From contig JAYWIR010000005.1 in NCBI GenBank assembly GCA_036172245.1, positions 2,852,001 to 2,916,000 on the forward strand: a stretch of 64,000 bases of DNA, given 5' to 3'. How positions within the stretch are numbered: position 1 is the stretch's first letter; each line of letters begins with the position of its first letter. A program made the position numbers and the translations under genes. Shown here piece by piece: positions 13,690 to 25,600 of the stretch. The notes below the pieces were generated by a model. That model was given only the letters and a program-made list of their open reading frames with translations. It searched no databases and had not been told where the DNA came from. The stretch comes from Raillietiella orientalis. Taxonomy: Eukaryota.

Positions 13690-16600
13690 CTTTGGGAAGA
13701 AAGCAAATTAGAAAAATACATATCTATTGGAATAAAACAAGGATGGTGTCGCAAATTTGTTGCAATATTAAAACACCATCGTGTAGTTTGTTCTGAAATG
13801 CAACATATCGCAATCGAACGAAACAGTGTTCGCGAAAATGGAAATAGCGGATAAATGGGAGAGACAGCTGGGGGAAGCATCGGTTCATGAGGCCATCTGT
13901 AGAGATATTCTCAGGATTGGGGACTTCATTGGAGATTTTCCAGGTCTGACCATCACAGATCCTGTTCTTTCATCTCAGAAAACAAAAGACTTTTCTTAAA
14001 GAGTGACAGTGAACTCTCAGTGGCAAGAGGCTACCAACTTAGCAATTCAAGTTCTCTCTCTATTTTGAAGTTGAGCATTCAAGACGACTTTCTGAGGAAT
14101 ACGAAGAGGTCGAGAAGAACAAACAAACAATGTAATTGGAAACTTCCATACTCACTGAAGCAAAAAGAGATTCGAACCCGACGCTTTTAAAACTGCATCA
14201 TCGATCCCCCTTCAAAGACATTTGCCCATTTTAAAGAAAAACGCTCTCAGTATCCAGAACGACCACTTGTATGTCTAAGCAAGCGGAGACCATACCTAAG
14301 GGATACTGCAGCTTTATCGAATGAGGGGGGCCTTTTGAAGAAGGAAAACTATATCTTTTTTAGAAGAGAATGCCTCTTCAGATTGGAAATACTACATCTA
14401 GGAGAGACCTTATAAATTAGATGACCTTCACTGCAACAAAAGTTGTGCTCAAATAAATCACTTCAGAGCAACGAAAGAGTCATTGCAAAATTGTCACCAT
14501 GTCCTCCTTCCTCTCTCTACCGTTGATTTCAAGAACTGCAGTAGTGATGCGCATTACTCCTTGACCAATGATTAGAAGAAACTTCTACAGATAAGAAAGA
14601 TATGCGACGGAAAAAAAACAAGTAAACACCTGAAGGTAGGAAACCGGAAATGTTCATCAGGGTTTCGCGATCAACTGCAGTGTGATGGCAGCTTCCCTTC
14701 GCTCATTCCTGGGAGGCAACCCGGAAGAGAGCGCTACCCACATCCCTTTTGACATCACAGAGCAGAGTTTCAATTATCGATGGAAGAAGTTCCACCACAG
14801 CTCGCTTCACGCAAGAGTGCTTTTTGAAAACTTCTCAGATATCCAGAGGAGTGGAATCAATAACATCAACTCATCAGAGGGGGAAAGACCACCACACAGG
14901 CATCTTCCTCAATTGCGAATTGACGGCAAAGGCACACGATTACTGGTAGGTACAAAATGCACCAAATAGCATAGGGTTCTGCTCACACACATATGACAAT
15001 GCAACAGTAAAAGATCATACCTGCGGATTCCTTCATTTTCTCCGAGACCTGAGGTTTGGACACGGTGGCCTTGTGGAGAAGATGGACATCTTCAACCGAC
15101 TCAACTGCCGAGATCTGAAGAACAGAAGGATGACGAAGGTCTTTATAAACCTCTCGGTGAGGGACGGTTTCCGATGTCAAATGCGTTGAAAATGCTAGGT
15201 CAACTTGCGCTTTCTGGACGAGTGGAACTGGCTTTAATCTCAAAACATCTTCGGATTCCAGCTCCTTAACTTCGAGAATATTTAGCTGGATCCTCTCTTC
15301 AATAAACAAGGATGAACTTGCAGGTTTTGCTAACGATATCACCGTGCACTCTTCAGACTCGAAGACTTTAGTATGATGTGCTTGCACAGCTTCAGATGCA
15401 ACGTACACAACGGCAGCCTCGCATGTGCTTGGTTTCGTAACAGCAAGAGGTTGTACGTCCTTCTCGGGGAAAATTTCAGCAACCAAATGACAAGAGTAAC
15501 ACGAGGCGGAGTCGATGTGCTTTAATGTCTTTGCTACCTTAGTAAACGCCTCGTAGTCCCGCAATTCCTCTAAGGAGTCCATGCGAATGATTTCCTCTAC
15601 TGAAATTGCAAATCTCTTAATGATCTCTTGCCTAGAAACGACTGTTGAAAAACATTCTGTGCTGATGGGCGTTGTTATTTCTTTTTCCAGCGTTTGATTT
15701 ATTGTAAGAGTGGCAACATTTTCCAGTCTCTCTTCTTTCTTCAAATTCGCCCTATAGAGATCTAGAATGAATTCCTCCAGTTGGGTGCTTTGGTCGAAAG
15801 CCTTTGTTTCCTCGATATTCAATGCATCCCACTCTTCGTACATGATAGTGCCAACGGAAACCTTTCCCGTTTCTAAAGAAAGAGGAACCACGGATTCTTG
15901 GGTGATTACATCTTCGACGCATGAGAGCACATGTAAATATTCACTAAGGCTCCTGAAAGCCTTTTTCATGTTTAATTCTTCTTCGATCAGAGATGATTCC
16001 TTGTGTCCAGTATTCAGCTCTTGCACTTCTAAAAACTCATGAGGGATTACGTCCAGGAAAGCCTGTCCGAGGTGGAGCTCTTCGAAAGACAGCAAATCGG
16101 AAAACTCTTCTGTGATCACTTCGCTGGATTCCGCCACATTCGAAAAGGTGAACTGAAAGCGCGTGGTGGCGTCATGAAGTTCCGGTAAGGGTTGCGGAGC
16201 AAAATCACTTTCCTGTTCTGCGGACAAAATTTCAGAAGTGAAATAAGACATCAAGACGTCCATTTCTCTTTCAAGAGTTGAGAATAACTTCTGAAGGCTA
16301 TGGAAGCTTTGGTCGATCACGTCTATGTTTTCTTGAAGGAAATGTGCTATCACATCAAGATGAGACTGTGACAACATAGACACATTGACGTTCGCTAGGA
16401 CCATTTCTTGCAGAGGGGAATCTACAGGAGTTTCCTCTGAAAAACTTTCCGTGACGTTCAGTGCGTGCAGTTCTCTTAGCACCATTGAAAGAGTCGGGTT
16501 TTCTGGGAAGACGAGCAATTCGGATGTTAAGGCGTCTTCTCTTTCTAGAGTCTGTAAATACAGAACCAAACAAGGATATCTTCCGGACTGAAAAACTTGA

Positions 16601-19600
16601 GAGATCTTTGCTTGTGCTTCCAGCAAAGATAGCACGGCATGGGTAAAAGGGATTTCTTTAACATTGCATGATACCATTGAGACTTCTGATGAATTGAAGG
16701 TCACAAAACTGACAGTAGGCTTCACATCAGTAGGTAAAACAACAAGTAACATTTCTGGATGCTCCGTCAAGATTACCTCCAACATACTTGGACCGAGATA
16801 CGCTGTGAGAATCTTGCTGTATAGAGCACGGTACACGTCCACAACAGTGTCAGGAATATATGGTTTTCCAGATTCCAAAATTGTAACTTCCGACCGCCAT
16901 AGGCTTTCTTGAAGCATTTGAAAAGCTTCAGGAAATATCAGATGTGGACTGGAAAGCTGTGCGGCTACAGAAGCTGTTTCTGTTTCCAAACTAGTTTGTA
17001 ACTCGAGGCAAAGTGGCCGCAGAGGCGAAAACTGAGGACGAGCAGCACCGAAGCTTCTGGTTTCAGCAGTTTGAAGAGATTCTTTGTCCATAAGGAATGA
17101 TTCTTCCCATTCTGCTATTTCTCTAGGTTTTAATCCCTCTCTGAGTTCCAGTGGCTTGCGATATGATGAGAGCTCCGTTGTTTTTAAATAATGTTCCCTT
17201 TCTAGAATACTTTCTTCAGAAATCAAAATACTTTCTACTTTGTCTGTTATTACAGAAGCATTTGCCTTGACGAGCTCTTCTAAGAGGGTCTCATCTTCCT
17301 GGGAATCCACTGTAATATTTGACAACGGTATCTGTTGTTTCATTTGGACATCCACGTTAGCCGACTTTTCAATCATACAGAATTCAAAGTTATTTATCTC
17401 TTCTTTATCTAACAAGAATAACTCCTCAGTAGAAGGTGTACCGTAAAGGTTCCAAGATGCCTCGACGAACATCTCAGCTGGTTTTGTCAATTCAGTATAA
17501 GGTTTCTCTGATTCTAGTTGCGTCACATCCTGCATCTCCAGCGAAAAGTTCGGTGTTTCGGAAACCCTTGCTGCGCAAGAAATTCTCTGGTCTGTTTCAG
17601 AAACATCTTCTTTTTCCAGTGAAAAGTTTATCAGGTTCGTTGTAATAATTAGAGGGGAGTAAATGGACCTTGTTTTACATCTTTCAGGAATGACATATGT
17701 ATCAATGGGTGTTTCCATTTCGATTTGGTCCACAAGGGTCGACACGATTGCAGATTCCTGCTCAAAAGCTACACTAGCATGAAAAAGCAGGCATTCCACA
17801 TGTAAAACGTCAAACTTTTCTGCATCCAGTAATTGTGAGCTGGAAATGGTTGGCAGCTCCATGCATTCAAAATAAACAAAAGGATGGCTTGACTGTGGTT
17901 TGACAACCGGACTGCTTGTTTCCGTCTCCATCACGACGCTGCACTGAACTACTTGAGCAGCAAGAGCATCCAGTGTTAGTAAGGGAGCAGCCACGTTTGG
18001 AGATAATATGGTATCGCATTCCGAGATAGCTTCAAGTAAACTCTGCACGAAAGCGACTGCGATCTCATGATGCTCGAGATGCGCGTGCGCATTATGATCT
18101 TCCTTGAGAGTCACCTGTGTTTCACTTTCCTTTTCCAGGGTCAAAACTTCATCCATGATGAGATTCAGAACGCTATCGATGCTTATCCTGGCAGAGTGAA
18201 GGTGAGAAATCTCTTTTTCATAGATGTCGTCGTACTCAAGGATCACAAATTCGTTAACTGAGGGTGCAGCTGACATGCGCAGCACTTCAGAGCACTTGGC
18301 GACTTCGATTTCTTCTGGGTGCTCTTTGGGAAGATCCTTCATTTCAAGCTCTTTTTCGAGTAACTGTGCTTGCTCCACCACTATTTCTTCCAGCTTCAGT
18401 GTGGAAGCCTCCACTTTTTCAAAGACCAATTTGCTCGAGTACAGTTTCTCCATTTCTTTGTCCAGAGTTTCCGTGACGGCAACATCGATCGCCTTTTCTG
18501 TTTCAAAGATGACCTGCGAATGAAACTGACTGGTGAGCTCCTGCTTGATTTCTTCTTCTAGATCCCAGATCTGTACGGTTTTGATTGTACTGGCAGAAGT
18601 TCCCGTAATCTCAGAACTTTCCACCACTCTTCTCGCCTCAACCTCCTCACATGGCAGACGGTTTTCTGACTCCAAAACTTCAGGAATCTCAGTGTGAGAT
18701 GTGACACCGGGCTGTTGGATGCCGAGGTGTGCCTGCTGCTTCTCCAAAAGAAAGGCGAATTCTTCTATCTTCTCTTTCAGCATCGCGATGACTTCGAAAA
18801 TTCCTAGAGCTTCGCTGGCTTCCCAAACGACTTTTCCTTTCTGGAGCTTCCAAATTGGCCTGAAGACTCCAGCTTGAATGCCATGGAAGACATGCCGTGT
18901 TTCTGTCAAGGGAGCCAATCCCTTATCGCTGATATCCACTGTGGCAATCTTTGTTTCTTCGGCACGCCAAGGAATCAGCTCTTCTTCCTTTTCAAAGCAC
19001 AAATTATATCCAGTCGTTCCCAAATCGAGAAGATACATTGTCTCTGGTGCTTTGATTGCTGGGGTTAAGTCAACAAGGAAATCGGTCTCCGTCTCCAAGG
19101 AATGGATGAAAGATACAAGAGGTTGATAAAATGTTTTCAGATTGCTTTCTGCACGAAACGTCATCAGTTTCAACACTTCGTCGTTCAGACTCACAGAATC
19201 CAAAGTTCTGTGAATATAAGAGCATGGAACTTCGCTCTCCTGAAGGGAAACCTTTATCTGAGAGCCTTTTTCTTTGAGAAAATCCTGAAGCTCTTCTTCT
19301 TTGTCCAAAAGAAAACAGAAAAAGCCTTGAGAAGAAAACAAGGAATCGATTTCTGGGTGGAGTATTTCCGACTTTGCCTTCATTCGCTCCTCAGTCGACT
19401 GGCTGTATTCGAGACAGAGAACCTCAGAGACATGACATTCTGTGTTCCCAATCATCGAAGTATCCACACATTTTTCCTGAGGTCTTGGCCACTCGAATTC
19501 CTTCATTTCATCCACAATTAAACTTGCGTTATCCTCGTGGGTTAATGATTTGTACGCTAGCCATTCGAGCGCAGCCCTGTGGACAGTAGGTGCCGCCCAC

Positions 19601-22600
19601 GCTGGCAAAAGAACGGGATGCTCCGCGCAGATTGCTTCTAAAATCTCGGGAACAAGCCCCGATGGCAATGTTTCCAGGCTCCTGATGTTCTCTAAAAGTG
19701 ACTCAAATGCCTGTTTGTTGGTACTAAACGTCTTTTCTTTCTCCATGGTCTCGTGCTCCAGAATCGTCACAGTCGTATCTGAGACCACTGTCCTTTCCAC
19801 CAGTTCAGGCAGTTCACGAGAGGGAAAGCTTTGAGCTGCTTCCAGATTCAAGAGCAGTGTGAACGAGATAGCAAGCGGATTATGGGTCACGTAACTGGAA
19901 ACTGCAGCTGAAGAAGACTCCAACTCTTTTTTAAGAAATCCCTCCAGATCAAAACACTGTGCTTCAGTGATAGTATTGGCGACCAGGTGTTTTCGCTCAA
20001 TGGCCAGTAGTGATTTCCTTTCCTCAGGTGCTTCGTATAGAATTATCTCTTCTTTATGTAAAGGAAACACTGCTGCTTTCAATATGGCGCACAAGCCCGT
20101 CTCATGAGAGGGCAGAGCTGAGAGAAGGCTCATTTCTTGGATCACAGCAGGCGACTCTCGGAAGAATGCAAGGTTTTCCAGCAAGGTGGGCAACTTTCTC
20201 TCTTCCAGAACTAGAAGGACGTCCAAGTTTATCGAATCCTCTGCCTTCTTCTTCCGTAACTCTTCGGATTCATAGACCTCAGGAATTTCCGAGAGGTGAG
20301 CATGGAAAGCGACCATGTTCTGGGAGCGGGTGGGCTGTGATGATCCAACGGAAGCGAGTACTTGTGCTTTGACGGATTCCAAAATCAACATTCCAGTCAT
20401 TGTCACCGAGTTGTTTTCCAACACAGATGGGGAAGCTGCTCGCGACGCTGAGGGGATGTGCTGGCAATCACTAAACATATCGTGAAGGCTACATTGCTCG
20501 GTCAATGCAACAGACAAGCTTTCAAAACTGCTTCTTGCTTGCTTTGTTATCCTCTCTTCTCCTTCAAAGCTATCCTCTACTTCATTCAAGTAATGCATCT
20601 GTTGCAAAGCCGTCCTTCTGACATCCACTGCGGAAACTAGTTGTGGTTTCATTTCAAGGTCAGTTATGGAGAGCACCGCCTTCTCGCTCACCTTTCCCAT
20701 CACGTATGGAGCTGTGACAGATATGCTTTCTAGGAAGCTGAATTCTTCTTTCGCAGCCTCAGGCTTGCAAGTAAACTGAGAAAATGGTGCTTCTTCTTCA
20801 ACACTCAGAACTTCCAAGACATTTACGCCAGTGTTTTTCTCAAAAGTTACTTTTCCTGTCTTGGATTCCTCACATGGATACTCTTGCCACATTTCCTTAT
20901 ACAGAAGTTCGGTTTCATTTGTTTCCAGGGGGATCTTGTACTCTAAGAGATGCTTATCGACTTTTCTAGTCTCCGAAACCTCAACGTTATAAATCGATTC
21001 TTTTTCCAGAATATTAGCATCCGTAACACTAATGGTTTCAAAAAGTGGCATATGAATATTGCAAGAGTCCCTTTTCAGTTTGATAATGTCCAGAGTACTT
21101 GGTTTTTCAGCGGGAAAGATTTCTGTTACACCAAGAGCGTCAAAGAAAAGTAAAAACATGTCGAATTTTTCCAATGCAGTCGTCAAGGATCGTTGATGTT
21201 GAACGCTGTCGGAGACAAATGGAACATCGACTTGCAAGCACTCTTGCATCGTTGCCAGCCTTCTCTCTGCATGCGAGTACAGATCAGCTCGGCTGCTGAA
21301 CTCTGCAGCTCTGTCCTCAGTTTGGAACACAAGTACGCTTAGACTTTCCTGTGGGTAAAGTTTACTTTCCGAGTGATGGATTTCCGGCTTTGGTTTTCCT
21401 AGGGATGCAAAAGAGTCATGAGTAATCTGTTCTGCTAGCACAGCAGCAAATAGCGGTCTCATATTTATTGTTATTTCCTCGTAGTTGGCAAACTCTTTCT
21501 TTAAATAATCCTCACATTCGTTAGGTATCGTCACTGTAAACTGAGCAGCTTCGTTTTCTCCTAGAACAACATCAGCAGAATCTTTTATGGCTTGCACTGC
21601 AGGAAAGACTTCCTCTTTATCTTGGGTTTCTAAACGGAAAGTTTCCACTACAGACAGCGACATACCTTGGATCTCTTCATTTGCATGCACATCGCTATGC
21701 TTTATTTGTAGTGTATCGTACAACTCGTTGATTATGTTGTCACTGAATACTAGCGATTCCCTGCAAACCCAAGAAACTGAAGCTACGTCTTCGGCCAATA
21801 GAGACTTGGTAAACCAATTTTCCTTATCGCTCGTGTACACTTCCTCAAGAGAGAACCCTTGCTTTTCATAAAACTGGATGTTGACATTGTATTCGTGTGC
21901 GCGGGTGGATTCTTCTAATGGCTTTTCAATTTCAGCAGTGCAAATAAGCGACTTTTCTGCAACTGCTAATGCCATTCCTTCGGTTAACGTTGCTTGTGTA
22001 CATTCCACCTCCTTTTGCGGTATTAAGACGTATGCATCGTTCGTTTCCCGTTTATCCACCAAGAGTGATTCGAGAGTTGCCATCGACAAAGAACCAGCTT
22101 CCATTTTTGGTTGCTCAGCAGCATCCAGAACGCTTTCCCGTTCGGCAAGAGTGATGTGTGACGAAACGATGCATGGATTTTCCCGGAGGAAGGCAATGGA
22201 GTTTGCTTTGTGGACAGGAAGCTCACTTTTTAAAGCAGACTCCTTCTCGTTCGTTTGATTCAGAAATGTCTCGGCAGTTAGGAGCACTTTGCCATGCATT
22301 TGGATAGCGACACTCTTATCGGTACTTTTCACATACAAATCATCATGAAGGTCATATCTGTTCTGCTCGGTTGTCACATAGGATTCGACTGGTTTTATCA
22401 GTAATGCCGCTTTCTGAAGCTGAGGTTTTTCGAAGTGTAATGCGCTTTCTTGCTCGTGACTCAAGGTCTCAGCCGTAAGCAAACTCGGGATCTCATCCAA
22501 GTATATCTCAATTTCTAAGATATTTCCACTTTTTAAGAAGCGTAAATTGCTTTCCCTGTCAAAGATTTCCATCTCAGATGACTCAACAAGAGTTAATCGA

Positions 22601-25600
22601 CTATCCTGAATCTTTGGAACGAGAGTTACTTTGGAATCTTCGTGCTGATCAAAAGCGATCTGCTCCGTGACTCCACAGATATTCTGAGGCTTTAGCAAAA
22701 GGAAAGCCATATCCTTTTCCACTTCTTTGCTAGTGAATGTGTCTTCTCTCTCCTGAGCTATGATCTCAGATGTCACACAACCTTGGGACTCATCTATGAA
22801 TAACTTCACGTTATAATCCACTCTCGGCACATCGGAATCGAAGGATTTCTCCGTTTCGTGTACATTCAGAATCAAAGATTCAGCGATAACTAGCTGATCT
22901 TGTTGAGATTTCGGGACAACCGTCTCCACTGATTTTATAAATAGGTCTTCATTCCATTCGTTGGTCAGGAGACTGTCAACGGAGTAACATTCGTTAGGTC
23001 TGATGGATATTTCAGCTACTTGCTTTTGAGACGGTGTTAGCGTGAATTCTTTTTCTTGCTCTCCGCTGACAACTTCAGATAAAGATACTCCTAGGACTTC
23101 ATTAACTGATACGATTGCTCTAAGGTCCTCATCCAACGCAGACACTTTCAAGATTTCTTCTTTTTCTTCCGTATCAGTACAAGTGGTCTCGGCCAAACTG
23201 AGGGGCACGGATCGGGAGGTTTCAACGATTTTACCGTGACGCTTTTGCAGAGACACATCATAGTTCTGGGATGCAGTTTGCTCCGTGACGGAGTAAATTT
23301 CAGAGGGAGAAGCCAATGTCCCGGCTTTGGTTTCATTTTTCACATGAGATATGACACCTTCTGTTTCATTACACACGATTTCGGCCGAATTTATGCTCTG
23401 CTGCTGGTTGATCTTGAAATCGGCAAAGCATGCACTTAGCTGCTTTTCTCGCTGAAGAAGATCCTCTCGTTCGCTGGAACCAATTATTAAGGATTCCGCA
23501 ATGGTTAGTTCGGCAGCGTGAATGGCTACTGAGGAATCTTTGGTGACCACATCGGTTTCCAAAATTCCATATTCTTCGTTAGCGCGCGTTTCGGAAACCA
23601 AGAAAGAATCCATTGGCTTCAAGGCTACTTCCGCAGTCTCGCATTTGAATGCTTTTTCCGACAAACGATCTTCCTTCTCATTGCTGAATACTTCTGAAGC
23701 CAATATGCTTTCTTGCTGATCCACAAATCTGTTGGCTTGGAATGTAGACGTTGGTTTCATGATGTCGAGGGATTTGTCTTTTTCTATGACATCGGTGATA
23801 AAGGACTGAGCCAGAAACAGAGGGAAATCACGCCTGCTGCTTGATAAGATGCTGGAAATGCATTCTTGAAACAGTTCGTCGTACTGCTCATTCACTGTTG
23901 TAGATATACTGGAATATGACTCAGCCGTCTTAATGAATACATTGGCTGTATTCTTCTCTGGAGTTTTGTATTGGAAAGACTTTTCAGATTCGTGAGCAAC
24001 AGTTTCCGACGAAATGACGCCCTGATGTTCGTTCGTGAATACCTCTGCTTGGAAATCTGATGGAAGTTTCATTGTCAAGGCATCTTCTCTTTCACTGAGG
24101 CATACAGCAGATGACTGTGCAATCGACAGCTGCGGATACTGCATGTCGGTTTCGATGCATTCCAGGTTGATCTTGGTGGGGAGTTCGCCGCACTGATCGT
24201 GTATCGTAATTTGCTCACTACGCAAACCACACTGTTCGCTCAATAACACGTTCGCCACGCCTTCGTGTTTAATCTTTCCACTCTGTATAGAGTCCTCTTT
24301 TTCGTCAACAAAAGTCAAGAGAAGCTGAGCTACGGTCAGTTCGGAATCTCGAGAATGCGATGAGACGTCTCGACTGATTGCGCTCTGCATCACGGCTGTG
24401 CACGTATCCGCGAGTACAATCTCCTGAACAGAATAGGTTTCGCTAGGCTTCGTTGCGACCGATGCTGTTTCATGAGACAGAGTTTTCGACGTCAGTGGAT
24501 GCTCTTTCTCCTTCAAATGAACTTCTGATAGAAGAATGCTGTCGAGTTCAGCGAGAGACAAACGAGCTCTCTCAAATTTCCGGATGTCATCAGATTTTAA
24601 AAGCTTTTCACTTTCGTTGGTTTCCACAGAGTGGATTTCCAGGGTGCACGCAAGCGTATCGAGTGATTCGGAAGCAAAATGGTCTGAAACCTCTGCTCCA
24701 AGTAGGTCTTTCAGCCTCTCGCCCGAAGTCGTCTCCTCCGTTATGAGAGAATCCCTCGTCTTCATGGAGACGGTTGCCGTTTTCTGTTCCGGAGCCTTGC
24801 TGACCAGAGATGCTTCGAGATCGTGGCTGATGACCTCTGATGCAAGCACACTCTGGAGTTCCTCAGAAAACCGACTGATGGACTGACTGACTTCGTGCGC
24901 CTTCTTTATGAGTGTATCTTCACTCTCATTGACTCCTATGGAAAAGGACTCGGCCAAAATCAAGGGCGCATAGCTCGATGCTGACGCAAAATTATCTGGA
25001 GTCTCCGTTCTCAGTAAGTCTTTCAATAGTTCATTCAAAGTCGTTTCCTCCGCTATGAGAGAATCTCTTGTCTTCATGGAGACGGTTGCCGTTTTCTGCT
25101 CCGGAGCCTTGCTGACCAGAGATGCTTCGAGATCGTGGCTGATGACCTCTGATGCAAGCACACTCTGGAGTTCCTCAGAAAACAGACTGATGGACTGACT
25201 GACTTCGTGCGCCTTCTTTATGAGTGTATCTTCACTCTCGTTGACTCCTATGGAAAAGGACTCGGCCAAAATCAAGGGCGCATAGCTCGATGCTGACGCA
25301 AAATTATCTGGAGTCTCCGTTCTCAGTAAGTCTTTCAATAGTTCATTCAAATTCGTTTCCTCCGCTATGAGAGAATCTCTTGTCTTCATGGAGACGGTTG
25401 CCGTTTTCTGCTCCGGAGCCTTGCTGACCAGAGATGCTTCGAGATCGTGGCTGATGACCTCTGATGCAAGTACACTCTGGAGTTCCTCAGAAAACAGACT
25501 GATGGACTGACTGACTTCGTGCGCCTTCTTTATGAGTGTATCTTCACTTTCATTGACTCCTATGGAAAAGGACTCGGCCAAAATCAAGGGCGCATAGCTC